Shown here: positions 53,118-62,931 of the stretch, piece by piece
Position numbering within the stretch: the stretch's first letter is position 1
Layout: each line of letters begins with the position of its first letter
Source of the DNA: an uncultured Actinomycetes bacterium
GTDB taxonomy: Bacteria > Actinomycetota > Thermoleophilia > Gaiellales > Gaiellaceae
Direction of reading: 5' to 3'
Length of the DNA stretch: 64,000 nt
Assembly: GCA_963759085.1 (NCBI GenBank)
Contig: CAVWXR010000011.1
Location: forward strand, 91,707 to 155,706
Position numbers and translations under genes: made by a program
The notes under the pieces: model-generated
Databases searched by the model: none
What the model was told of the DNA's origin: nothing
Seen by the model: only the letters and a program-made list of their open reading frames with translations

Positions 53118-54308
53118 ATGAGCTTGTTTCGTCGTCTTTCCACGCGCAGCCTGGTCGTTCTGATCGGCGCGCTCGCGACGTCCGGCGCCGTCGCAGCGAT
53201 CGTCGCCGTCACGGCGCTTGGCGGCGGCGGCACGACACCGCCCGCCGAGCCGCTCTCGCAGGCGATTCACGACGCGGTCACGTCAACGCCGGTTCAAGGC
53301 ATCACCGCGCGGATCGGCTTCACGAACAACCTGCTCGGCTCCGGCGCGCTCGGCTCGCTTGCCGGTGCCTCGGGCTCGCCGCTGCTCACCGGTGCCTCCG
53401 GACGACTCTGGCTGACGAACGACGGCCACCTCCGGCTCGAGCTGCAGTCCGACTCTGGCGACGCGCAGATCGTCTCGGACGGGAAGACGCTGTCGGTCTA
53501 CGACGCGTCCTCCAACACCGCCTACGAGCTGACGCTTCCGGCGGCGTCCTCCGGCCCCTCGGCCGGCACGAAGGCGGCGCCCTCGATCGACGAGATCCAG
53601 AGCGCGCTCGCGCAGCTCGGCGATGTCGCCGACATCTCCGGCGCAACCCCGGGCTCGGTCGCCGGCCAGCCGGCCTACACCGTCTCGGTCTCGCCGAAGG
53701 CGGACGGCGGCCTCGTCAGCTCGGCTGAGCTGAGCTTCGATGCCGTCACCGGCGTGCCGCTCCACGTCGCGGTGTACGCGAAGGGAGACACCACCCCGGT
53801 GCTCGACCTGACCGCGACGGACATCAGCTACGGGCCTGTCGCCGCCTCGGACGTGAACGTCTCGCCGCCGGCGGGAGCGAAGATCGTCAACGTGCCCCTG
53901 CCGGCTAGCACCGGCTCGGGAAGCGACAAGACTGCGACGCCCGTCACCGGCGTTGACGCCGTCGGCGCCGCCCTGCCGTTCAAGCTGGCCGCCCCCGACA
54001 CACTCGATGGGCTGGCCCGCAGCGAGGTGCGCCTCACCGGCTCCAGCACCGATCCGGGAGCCCTCGTCACCTACGGCCAGGGCCTCGGCGCGATCGTCGT
54101 CTCGGAGCACGCGGCTTCCGCCGCCAAGGACGCGGCGAGCCCGCTCGACCTGCTGCCGAGCGTGACGATCAACGGCGCGACCGGCCACGAGCTCGTGACC
54201 GCGCTCGGAACCGTCCTCCAGTACTCGGCCGGCGGTGTCTCCTACACCGTCGCCGGCTCGGTCACGCAGTCCGACGCCGAGACCGCGGCGCGGGCGCTCA
54301 CGTCCTGA
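53118..54308 (+). CDS. LolA-like / DUF2092-like exported protein
   Basis: ATG 53118 with a signal anchor (LVVLIGALATSGAVAAIVAV). ASGRLWLTNDGHLRLELQSDSGDAQIVSDGKTLSVYD. Lies upstream of the ABC transporter. Confidence 0.65.
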   Translation: MSLFRRLSTRSLVVLIGALATSGAVAAIVAVTALGGGGTTPPAEPLSQAIHDAVTSTPVQGITARIGFTNNLLGSGALGSLAGASGSPLLTGASGRLWLTNDGHLRLELQSDSGDAQIVSDGKTLSVYDASSNTAYELTLPAASSGPSAGTKAAPSIDEIQSALAQLGDVADISGATPGSVAGQPAYTVSVSPKADGGLVSSAELSFDAVTGVPLHVAVYAKGDTTPVLDLTATDISYGPVAASDVNVSPPAGAKIVNVPLPASTGSGSDKTATPVTGVDAVGAALPFKLAAPDTLDGLARSEVRLTGSSTDPGALVTYGQGLGAIVVSEHAASAAKDAASPLDLLPSVTINGATGHELVTALGTVLQYSAGGVSYTVAGSVTQSDAETAARALTS

Positions 54309-55237
54309 GCGCGGCCGCCGCACCGGTCGAGGCGCGCGGGCTCGTCAAGCGCTACGGCGAGATCGTCGCCGTGGCGGGAGTCGACCTGACCGTCGCGGCC
54401 GGCGACGTCTACGGCTTCCTCGGCCCAAACGGTGCCGGCAAGACGACGACGCTGCGGATGCTGCTCGGCCTGATCCGGCCGAGCGAGGGCGTCGTGAAGC
54501 TCTTCGGCCGCGACCCGCTGAGCGACGGCGCCCGCGCGCTCGAAGGAGTGGCGGGGTTCGTCGAGGGCCCGCGCTTCTACCCCTACCTGAGCGGCCGCAA
54601 GAACCTCGAGCTGCTCGCCGCCTACGACCAGACGGCAGCCGGCCGCAGCGAGATCGACGCGGCGCTCGACATCGTCGAGCTCCGCGACCGCGCCAAGGAC
54701 CGCGTCGGCGGCTACTCCCACGGCATGCGCCAGCGGCTCGGGATCGCCGCCTCGCTGCTGCGCAAGCCGAAGCTGCTCCTGCTCGACGAGCCTGCAACAG
54801 GTCTCGACCCGGCGGGAATGCGCGACATGCGCGCGCTCGTCCGCCGCCTCGCCGACGACGGGATGACGGTCGTCCTCTCGAGCCACCTGATGAGCGAGGT
54901 CGAGGAGCTCTGCAACCGCGTCGCGATCATCTCCAACGGGCAGATCATCCGCGAGAGCACGCTGCGCGACCTGCTCGCGAGCGCCGCGGGCCTCTACCGG
55001 CTGGACGTCACCGACCTCGCCGCGGCGCGTGCCGTCTGCGAGGCGCACGGCGTCAGCGCCGCGCCCGAGAACGGCGGCCTCGTCTTCAACGCCGACCCGG
55101 ACCAGGTCGCGACGCTCTCGATCGCGCTCGGCAAGGCCGAGATCGGGATCTACAACCTGGTTGCTGAGGGTGCCTCGCTGGAGCGGCTATTCCTCGAGCT
55201 GACCGATCCCGACACGCCCGTGGCGGCGGTCGCCTGA
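54305..55237 (+). CDS. ABC transporter ATP-binding protein
   Basis: FLGPNGAGKTTTL, YSHGMRQRLGIA, LLLLDEPATGLD. The first canonical start in frame is GTG 54371, but the upstream frame (VEARGLVKRYGEIVAV) is clearly part of the domain. This implies CTG 54305 or an indel. Confidence 0.85.
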   Translation: MSAAAAPVEARGLVKRYGEIVAVAGVDLTVAAGDVYGFLGPNGAGKTTTLRMLLGLIRPSEGVVKLFGRDPLSDGARALEGVAGFVEGPRFYPYLSGRKNLELLAAYDQTAAGRSEIDAALDIVELRDRAKDRVGGYSHGMRQRLGIAASLLRKPKLLLLDEPATGLDPAGMRDMRALVRRLADDGMTVVLSSHLMSEVEELCNRVAIISNGQIIRESTLRDLLASAAGLYRLDVTDLAAARAVCEAHGVSAAPENGGLVFNADPDQVATLSIALGKAEIGIYNLVAEGASLERLFLELTDPDTPVAAVA

Positions 55238-56052
55238 TGGCCGGCGCGCTCGTCGTCTACCGCTGGGAGCTGCGGAAGCTCTTGCGCCAGAAGCGGACCT
55301 ACCTCGGGATCGGCGCGGCGGTGCTCGTGCCGCTGATCTTCGTCACCGCGCTCACCGTCCAGAAGGGCCAGCCGAACGACGTCGACTTCGGCCGCTACGT
55401 CCGCGAGTCGGGCCTCGCGATCCCGCTCGTCCTGCTCCTCTTCGGCTCGATCTGGCTCTTCCCGCTGATCGCGGCCCTGGTCGCGGGCGACATCATCGCC
55501 TCGGAGCACCACAACGGCACGATGAAGACGATCTTCACGCGCTCGCTCGACCGCGGCCAGATCTTCGCCGGGAAGACGATCGCGGCGCTGACGTACTCGT
55601 TCGTCGCGCTGCTCGCGATGGGCGTGACCGCCGTCGTCGCGGGAGTGATCAAGTCGGGCTTCAACCCGCTGGTCGACCTCTCCGGCACGCGCGTCGCGGC
55701 GCCGAAGGCACTCGGCCTCGTCGCGGCGAGCTTCGCCGTCTACATGCTGCCGCTGGTCGCGATCGTCTGCTTCGGCCTGCTGCTCTCGGCCCTGACCCGC
55801 AACAGCGCGGCCGCGGTCGTGGGGACGCTGATGTTCGCGCTCCTGATGCAGCTGATCGGGATCCTGCCCGGGCTGCAGGGCGTGCAGCCGTACCTGCTGA
55901 CGACGCAGTTCCAGGCGTGGCAGGGCTTCCTGCGCGTCCCGGTCGACTGGTCGCCGGTGATCCGCGCCGCCTGGCTGACCGCGGCCTATGCGCTGCCGCC
56001 GCTCTTCGCCTCGTACCTGATCGTGCTCCGCAGCGACATCACCGGCGAGTAG
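55237..56052 (+). CDS. ABC-2 type transporter permease
   Basis: 271 aa with six hydrophobic segments. ATGA-type overlap with the ATPase gene. Confidence 0.8.
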   Translation: MAGALVVYRWELRKLLRQKRTYLGIGAAVLVPLIFVTALTVQKGQPNDVDFGRYVRESGLAIPLVLLLFGSIWLFPLIAALVAGDIIASEHHNGTMKTIFTRSLDRGQIFAGKTIAALTYSFVALLAMGVTAVVAGVIKSGFNPLVDLSGTRVAAPKALGLVAASFAVYMLPLVAIVCFGLLLSALTRNSAAAVVGTLMFALLMQLIGILPGLQGVQPYLLTTQFQAWQGFLRVPVDWSPVIRAAWLTAAYALPPLFASYLIVLRSDITGE

Positions 56053-56062
56053 CGTTCAAGGT

Positions 56063-56707
56063 ATGAAGGTCGAGATCTGGTCCGACGTCGTGTGCCCGTG
56101 GTGCTACGTGGGCAAGCGCCGCTTCGAGTCCGCGCTCGCGCGCTTCGACCACCGCGACGAGGTGGAGGTCGTGTGGCGGAGCTTCGAGCTCGACCCGGAG
56201 GCGCCGCGCCGGCGCGAGGGCACGCCGGCCGAGCATCTCGCTGCCAAGTACGGCATGAGCCCGGAGCAGGTCGCCGCCTCGCAGGAGCGCCTGACCGGCC
56301 TCGCGGCCGAGGAGGGCCTCGAGTACCACCTCGACACGACGGTCGGCGGCAACTCGTTCGACGCCCACCGCCTGATCCACCTCGGCGCGGCCCACGGGAT
56401 CCAGGACGAGATGAAGGAGCGCCTGCTGCACGCGTACTTCACGGAGGGCGCCGCGATCGGCGAGCCCGAAGTGCTGCAGCGCCTCGGAGTGGAGGCGGGT
56501 CTGCCGCCCGACGAGGTTGCGGAGCTCCTGGCTGGGGACCGCTTCGCCGCCGAGGTGCGCGACGACGAGCAACGGGGCTTCGTGTTCGGGATCCGCGGCG
56601 TCCCGTTCTTCGGGATCGACGAGCGGATCGGCGTCTCGGGCGCGCAGTCGGCGGACGTGATTCTCGCGGCGCTCGATCAGGCCTGGTCCGAGCGCGCTGC
56701 CGCGTAG
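56063..56707 (+). CDS. DsbA/FrnE-like thiol:disulfide oxidoreductase
   Basis: MKVEIWSDVVCPWCYVGKRRF...FGIRGVPFF. Confidence 0.9.
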   Translation: MKVEIWSDVVCPWCYVGKRRFESALARFDHRDEVEVVWRSFELDPEAPRRREGTPAEHLAAKYGMSPEQVAASQERLTGLAAEEGLEYHLDTTVGGNSFDAHRLIHLGAAHGIQDEMKERLLHAYFTEGAAIGEPEVLQRLGVEAGLPPDEVAELLAGDRFAAEVRDDEQRGFVFGIRGVPFFGIDERIGVSGAQSADVILAALDQAWSERAAA

Positions 56708-56714
56708 GCGCGGC

Positions 56715-57122
56715 TCAAACCGGTGCGATCAGAGTCACCGTCGGAAAATACGCCTTGTAGCGACGCGGGTCGCGGGTGAGGAGTGGCAGGCCGGCGACGG
56801 CTGCGTGTGCCCCGATGTAGAAGTCGGGGAGAGGCGAGCGTTGCTGCCCCCGCCGCCGCCGGCACGCGACGAACGCTCGGCCGGCCAGGAACGCGGCTTC
56901 CCACGGCAACGGTAGCCGGACGAACACGTCCGGCGACAGGACGGTGTCAAGCTCCTCGATTTGTCCGAAGCGCGCAGACGTTTCGGCGTAGATCAACGGA
57001 TTGATCGCGAGATAGCCGCGGTCGGCTGCCTTCGCGAGCTCTGTCGACGACCACCCGTACCAGTGTGGGTCCTCGGTGAAGATGTCGAGCAGGACGTTCG
57101 AGTCGACGAGGACTGCGCTCAC
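56715..57122 (-). CDS. vapC: PIN-domain toxin VapC
   Basis: MSAVLVDSNVLLDIF...LLTRDPRRY. 4-nt overlap with vapB. Confidence 0.85.
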   Translation of the reverse strand: MSAVLVDSNVLLDIFTEDPHWYGWSSTELAKAADRGYLAINPLIYAETSARFGQIEELDTVLSPDVFVRLPLPWEAAFLAGRAFVACRRRRGQQRSPLPDFYIGAHAAVAGLPLLTRDPRRYKAYFPTVTLIAPV

Positions 57123-57343
57123 CCGCGGGTGAGCGCCATGATCTCGTCGGTGGAGAGCTTGCCCGTGCCTCGCCCCCTCATCCGTTCGACCAGAGCGGCG
57201 CCCCGCCCCGGAGTGCCGGGAGCCCGAGTCAAGCGGACAGCGTCGCCGTCGAGCTCGAACTCGACCTCGGTCCCAGGGAGCAAGCCAGCTCGTTGGCGCA
57301 GCTCGATCGGGATCGTGACCTGGCCTTTCGAGGTGATTCGCAC
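57119..57343 (-). CDS. vapB: AbrB/SpoVT-type antitoxin VapB
   Basis: GTG 57343, MRITSKGQVTIPIELRQRAGL. The 15-bp palindrome GGTAAGA-A-TCTTACC (57344-57358) abuts the start codon. Confidence 0.85.
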   Translation of the reverse strand: MRITSKGQVTIPIELRQRAGLLPGTEVEFELDGDAVRLTRAPGTPGRGAALVERMRGRGTGKLSTDEIMALTRG

Positions 57344-57387
57344 GGTAAGAATCTTACCTCGCAGAGTAATACCCGATTGGCCCGCGT

Positions 57388-57411
57388 CAATCCGCTCTTG
57401 CGGACGTGTCC
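57388..57411. repeat. 24-nt box CAATCCGCTCTTGCGGACGTGTCC upstream of vapBC (repeat-family member)
   Basis: Matches 63257-63280 at 22/24. The 3' 15 nt match the left flank/arm of the pheT palindrome at 14/15. Confidence 0.8.
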
Positions 57412-57418
57412 TCTAGAC

Positions 57419-58471
57419 CTAGAACGCGCGCGGGCGGAGCGTGTCGTCCTGGCGCCGGCGCAGCGACGCGTCGTCGATCGCCGGCGGAACGTAGCCGGAG
57501 TCGGCCTGGTTGAAGTTCGTCCCGGGCGGCACGATCTTGTCGATCTCGTCGAGCAGCTCGTCCTCGAGGTGGATGTCCACGGCGCCGATTTGGCTCTCGA
57601 ATTGCTCCATGGTGCGCGGCCCGATGATCGCCGAGGTGACGGCCGGGTGCCGGATCACGAACGCGATCGCGAGGTGGATGAGCGAGATCCCGGCGTTGTC
57701 GGCGAGCTGCGCGAGCGCGTCGGCGGCGTCGAGCTTGCGCTGGTTCTCGGGCAGCGAGAGGTCGTAGCGGTTGGGCAGCCGGCTCGCGCGCGTGCTTGCG
57801 GGCGCGTCCTGTCCCTTGCGCCAGTTCCCGGTGAGCCACCCACCGGCGAGCGGGCTCCAGGAGAGCACGCCCAGCCCGTACTGCTGGCAGACCGGCAGCA
57901 CGTCGCGCTCGATCCCTCTTGCCAGGAGCGAATACGGAGGCTGCTCGGTCTTGAATCGCTCGCGGCCGTTCTGCTCGGCGACCCACTGCGCCTCGACGAT
58001 CTCGTGCGCGGGATAGGTCGAGCTGCCGAAGTAGCGAATCTTCCCGGCCCTGACGAGGTCGGTCAGCGCCCCGAGGGTCTCGTCGTGGTCGGTCGATGGA
58101 TCGGGCCGGTGGATCTGGTAGAGGTCGATCCAGTCGGTCTGCAGCCGGCGCAGGCTGTTCTCCACCTCCTGGATGATCCAGCGCCGCGAGTTGCCGCCCA
58201 TGTTGGGCCCGTCGCCCATCCGGCCGTGCACCTTGGTCGCGAGCACAACCTGGTCGCGCCGCCCGAGCAGCGCCTTGCCGACGATCTCCTCGTTCTCGCC
58301 GGCCGAGTAGACGTCAGCGGTGTCGACGAAGTTGATCCCGGCGTCGAGCGCCCGGTGGATGATCCGGATCGAGTCCTCGTGATCGGGGTTCCCCCAGGCG
58401 CCGAACATCATCGCGCCGAGGCAGAGGGGGCTGACTTCGACGCCGGTGCGGCCGAGGAGGCGGAGGTCCAT
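57419..58471 (-). CDS. aldo/keto reductase
   Basis: 350 aa, GAMMFGAWGN, INFVDTADVYSAGENEE, SWSPLAGGWLTG. Confidence 0.9.
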   Translation of the reverse strand: MDLRLLGRTGVEVSPLCLGAMMFGAWGNPDHEDSIRIIHRALDAGINFVDTADVYSAGENEEIVGKALLGRRDQVVLATKVHGRMGDGPNMGGNSRRWIIQEVENSLRRLQTDWIDLYQIHRPDPSTDHDETLGALTDLVRAGKIRYFGSSTYPAHEIVEAQWVAEQNGRERFKTEQPPYSLLARGIERDVLPVCQQYGLGVLSWSPLAGGWLTGNWRKGQDAPASTRASRLPNRYDLSLPENQRKLDAADALAQLADNAGISLIHLAIAFVIRHPAVTSAIIGPRTMEQFESQIGAVDIHLEDELLDEIDKIVPPGTNFNQADSGYVPPAIDDASLRRRQDDTLRPRAF

Positions 58472-58676
58472 GGAGGCACGCTAGCGATCGGCTCGGCGGA
58501 GCCGTCGGCGGACCTGCTCGCGTGTGACCCGGGCCGCGGCTCGCGCGTAGTCCGTACGGAACATATCCGCAGTCGTCGTTGGTTCGAGAGGAGAATGCCG
58601 TTGTCCGGCCAAGTGCTCTCATGCCTGTTTGAAAGCGACGGTCGACGACCGTCACGCGAGAGTAGATACTGGAGAC

Positions 58677-59351
58677 ATGAAGCTCGTAGACCGGAAAGGC
58701 GTCTACTCGGCCGACCGAGCGGCGGCTCTTTCCGGCGTGCCGCTGTCGACGGTTCACTACTGGGCGCGCAAGGAGATTCTCGTTCCGAGCGTCTCGGCCG
58801 TCCGGATCAAGCTCTGGTCGTACGCGGATCTCATGGGCCTGCGGACGATCTACTGGCTTCGGCAGACCAAGACCGCCAGCGATGGACGTGACGTTCCTCG
58901 TACGACGATGCCCGCGGTGAAGAGGGCGCTTGAGACCCTGAACGAGCTGGACCTGAGCCTCTGGACCGAAGAGGGAGGGCCGGCCGTCATGGTCGACCGA
59001 GGTGGCAGGGTATGGTTTCGGTCGAGCGGCGAAGTGCTTGCTTCGACCGGTGTACGACCCCTCGATCCGGATTGGATCGACCTGATCGAGCCGTTCACCA
59101 CCCGTGAGTCAACGCAGGGGCCGAATCTCCAATCGCCCCGTCCCCATCTGCGGATCGTCCCAGGAAAGCTCTCGGGTTCGCCCCATGTCGTGAGCACCCG
59201 CATCGAGACGGTGGTGCTCGCCTCGTTTGCCGACCGCGGCTTCGCCAGCGAGCAAATTCACCAGTTCTATCCCGTGGTTTCGGTCGGCGCGATCGCCGAG
59301 GCAATCGATCTCGAGCGTCAACTCATACGAAACCTGAAGACCGCCGCCTGA
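58677..59351 (+). CDS. MerR-type HTH fused to a DUF433 domain (antitoxin-like)
   Basis: YSADRAAALSGVPLSTVHYWARKEILVP (HTH). C-terminal RIVPGKLSGSPHVVSTRIETVVLASFADRGFASEQIHQFYPVVSVGAIAEAIDLE (DUF433 pattern). The alternative start is TTG 58629. Confidence 0.75.
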   Translation: MKLVDRKGVYSADRAAALSGVPLSTVHYWARKEILVPSVSAVRIKLWSYADLMGLRTIYWLRQTKTASDGRDVPRTTMPAVKRALETLNELDLSLWTEEGGPAVMVDRGGRVWFRSSGEVLASTGVRPLDPDWIDLIEPFTTRESTQGPNLQSPRPHLRIVPGKLSGSPHVVSTRIETVVLASFADRGFASEQIHQFYPVVSVGAIAEAIDLERQLIRNLKTAA

Positions 59352-59358
59352 GGCTGCG

Positions 59359-59932
59359 GTGCCGCGGCTCTTCGCGCTCGATCAGAACTTCCCGCAGCCC
59401 CTCGTCAACGCCGTTACGCCGTTCCTGCGCGATGTCGAGCTCGTCCCGATCAGGACAATCGATGCGCGGCTCTCGGACATGGAGGACTGGGAGATTCTCC
59501 TCGCGCTCCACCACCATCATCGCCCGTGGGAGGGTCTCGTGACAACCGACTCGTCGATGCTCAAGCAACCGCGCGAGCTTGCCGTGCTGCGACAGACCAA
59601 CCTGACACTCGTTGTCGCGCACGACGGGGGCCACGACCTCGTGAAAGCAACGGGTCTCCTGCTCGCACATCTCGACTACATCGTTCGACACTCGACGCCG
59701 GCCGAGGCCCAGGTCTGGCGGCTCAGCGCTCGCAGTCAGCCGGCACAAGCCGTCGTGGATCTTCTCGACCGAATCGCGGCGCACCAGAATCGGGATGCCG
59801 ATGAGCTCTGGCGCGAATCCCGACTCACAACTGCCGAGCTCGCCGCCGATCCGCTTGCCGGCGGAGGTCGCGGCGCGTTTGGGGGCTTCGGCAACCGACG
59901 CTTGTCGCGAGCCGCGGTTGCCAATAGTCTGA
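59359..59932 (+). CDS. PIN-like/DUF5615-like putative nuclease (toxin-like partner of DUF433); 3' end unresolved
   Basis: GTG 59359, 8 nt after the DUF433 gene. LFALDQNFPQPLV...DWEILLAL...EGLVTTDSSMLKQPRELAVLRQTNLTLVV. As sequenced the frame runs on to 60159, 190 nt into mod. The tail from about 59870 is low-complexity, and a G5 run sits at 59881-59885. Confidence 0.5.
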
Positions 59933-59966
59933 GTCCTCGGAGTGGCTCAACTCGGAAAGGGCGGCG

Positions 59967-62662
59967 TTGGCGGCTAAAGGCGGCAAGCGAGCAGAGACCT
60001 ATCGCCACGACGAAGAGGCGCTGCTTCGGCCGGACGTCGGGACTCAGGCACAGTTCAGGAAGCGCAAGGCGCCCAAGACCTACACGTACGACTCGTCGCT
60101 CTCGCCCGCGCTCGACTGGGACGGGCAGAACGCCGCTCGCGAGCTCGGCGAGTGGCTGATCGCTCAGATCGACGAGGCTGCCAAGCTCGACGCTCCGCAC
60201 CGATTTCCCGAGCCTCGTCGCTGCGGCGACGTCGAGATCGGCGGTCTCGCCGACGCTGTCGAGCGGTTGAAGGCGCTCTCCAAGCCGTTCCTCGACTGGA
60301 GCGGCAAGGCCGAGCGGCTCTCGTTCGACGTGCCGACGCTGCCGCTCTTCGTGCACGAGCGGCTCTCGACCAAGGCGATCCTCCAGACGCTCGCCGGGCA
60401 CGAGCGCGATCGGCAGCTGGAGCTTCAGCTCTTCGCCGATCCGCAGCTGCCGCTCCACGAGCAGCTCGACGCCTACGAGCACAAGGGCGACTGGGTCAAC
60501 CGGATGATCCTCGGCGACTCGCTCGTCGTCATGAACTCATTGCTCGAGTACGAGGGCCTCGGCGGGCAGGTGCAGATGATCTACATCGACCCGCCTTACG
60601 GCGTGAAGTTCGGCTCCAACTTCCAGCCGTTCGTCCGCAAGCGGGATGTCAAGAACAACGACGACGCCGATATGACCCGCGAGCCCGAAATGATCAAGGC
60701 GTATCGGGACACTTGGGAGCTCGGACTGCACTCGTATCTGACGTACTTGCGCGATCGCCTCCTTGTCGCGCGAGATCTCCTGGCTCGTTCCGGAAGCGTC
60801 TTTGTTCAGATCGGAGACGAGAACTTTCACCATGTTCGTGAGACGCTCGACGATGTGTTCGGCGCTGAGAACTTTTGTGCAGTAATCGCGTTCCAAACGA
60901 CGACGGGCCTCGGATCCTCGCTTCTCGTAGGTACTTTCGATTTCGTCCTCTGGTACGCGCGAGATCGAAATGACGTGCACTACGAACAGGTTTACGTCCC
61001 GCGCACCGTTCAAGACGATCAGAACCTGAGGTGGGTCGAGCTTTCCGACGGCGTTCGGCGTCGCATGACCGACGATGAGGCGGTGCATCCCGATGCTCTC
61101 CCTCTCGGCGCCCGCCCATTCCGACCCAATCCGTTGACCTCGCAAGCGCCGAGCCCGACCGCGGTGTTTGAGTACGAGTTCGCTGGTCAGACGTTCAAGC
61201 CGAGGAAAGGGGCGTGGAAGACGACGGTCGATGGCCTCCGAAGGCTCGAGGAGGCCGGGCGGCTCGTGGCGCAGGGCAACACGCTTGGCTTCATTCGGTA
61301 TCTCGATGACTTTCCGTATCGGCCTACTAACAACGTCTGGAGTGACACCCGACAGAGCGGTTTCGCAGTCGCAAAGGCCTATGTGGTGCAGACAAATCCG
61401 CGAGTGATCGAACGCTGCATGATGATGACCACTCGTCCTGGCGACCTCGTTCTCGACCCGACCTGTGGCTCAGGTACGACGGCGTACGTCGCCGAACAGT
61501 GGGGTCGGCGTTGGATCACGGTGGACACGTCGCGTGTTCCACTCGCGTTGGCGCGGCAGCGTCTTCTCACAGCGACTTTCCCTTACTACGAACTCCACGA
61601 TGCGGGGCGAGGGCCGGCCGCGGGTTTCATCTACAAGCGTCGCCAAAACGCAAAGGGTGAGGAGGTCGGGGGCATCGTCCCGCATGTAACGCTCAAGTCG
61701 ATTGCAAACGACGAACCTTCTGACGAAGAGGTGCTCGTTGACCGGCCCGAGATCGACTCCAAGATCACCCGGGTGACCGGCCCGTTCGTGCTCGAGGCGA
61801 CGATCCCGACGCCGGTCGAAGTCGATGGCGACGGGATCGAGGACTCGGGCGTGCTCGACGACGCGACCTACGTCGGCCGGATGGTTGAGGCGCTGCGGCT
61901 GAACGCGACCCTCCAGCTCGGCGGCAACGAGAAGCTCACGCTCGCGAACGTCCGGCCGCCGGCGCAGTCGCTCGTGCTCTCGGCCGAGGCGTCGCTCGAG
62001 CCCGGGGGACGCCGGTCGCGATCGTCTTCGGGCCCGAGAACGGCGCGGTCAGCGAGAAGCTCGTCTACGAGGCCGCCCGCGAGGCGCATCTGCGCAGCTA
62101 CGAGCAGCTGCTCGTGATCGGCTTCGCGATCGAGCCGAACGCGCGGGCGCTCGTCGACAAGATCGACGCGACGGTCGGGATCCCCGCGATTTACGTGCAG
62201 GCGACGCCCGATCTCGTCATGGGCGACCTGCTGAAGACGATGCGGTCGAGCCAGCTCTTCTCGATCGCCGGCCTGCCGGACATCGCGATCCGCAACGTCC
62301 CGCCCGAGGAGAAGGGCGAGCCGCAGCGCTATTCAGTGGAGTTACTCGGTCTGGACACGTTCGATCCGACGACGTTCGAGGCGCGGCACGAGCGCGGCGA
62401 CGACGTCCCGGCGTGGTTCCTCGACACGGCGTGGAACGGCCTCTCGTTCCACGTCTCGCAGGCGTTCTTCCCGCGCACGAGCGCCTGGGACAACCTGAAG
62501 CGCTCGCTCAAGGGCGAGTTCGACGACTCGGTGTGGGACCACCTCTCGGGTTCGATCAGCGCGCCGTTTACCGCTGGCGACGTGCGGGAGATCGCCGTGA
62601 AGGTGATCGACGACCGCGGCAACGAGCTGCTCGTCGTCAAGTCGCTCGACGAGGCGACGTGA
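59967..62662 (+). CDS. Type III-like DNA methyltransferase (Mod; N6A/N4C beta-class), one frame break at the G5 run 62004-62008
   Basis: TTG 59967. MIYIDPPYGVKF (DPPY motif) and LVLDPTCGSGTTAYVA (AdoMet motif). Track ORFs 59967-62117 and 62114-62662 join if one G is added: ...SLEPGG TPVAIVFGPENGAVSEKLVYEAAREAHLRSYEQLLVIGFAIEPN... Confidence 0.9.
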
Positions 62663-62667
62663 AGGCG

Positions 62668-62931
62668 CTAGGCGAGCAGATCGCCGAGGTCGGTGACGAC
62701 GACCGTGTGCTCCGGCAGCGTCAGCTCGATCTTCCCGTCTTCCTCGAGTCGCAACTTTGCGCTCAAGATCGTCAGGCCGACGAGGCTGCCGTCCGGCCCG
62801 TAGCGCGTCGCATCGCCTTCGGCCGTCCCGTCATAGTCAACAGCGTCAGACGGTTCGCCGACGTGGAGGTAGAGGACGTCGCCTCTCGCGTCGTAGAGAT
62901 TGTTGTCGAACTCGATTCCGGCGACCTTCAC
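62668..62931 (-). CDS. DUF2283 domain protein (antitoxin-like)
   Basis: GTG 62931 (GTGA overlap with the upstream gene). VKVAGIEFDNNLYDARGDVLYLHVGEP...GSLVGLTIL. Confidence 0.7.
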   Translation of the reverse strand: MKVAGIEFDNNLYDARGDVLYLHVGEPSDAVDYDGTAEGDATRYGPDGSLVGLTILSAKLRLEEDGKIELTLPEHTVVVTDLGDLLA

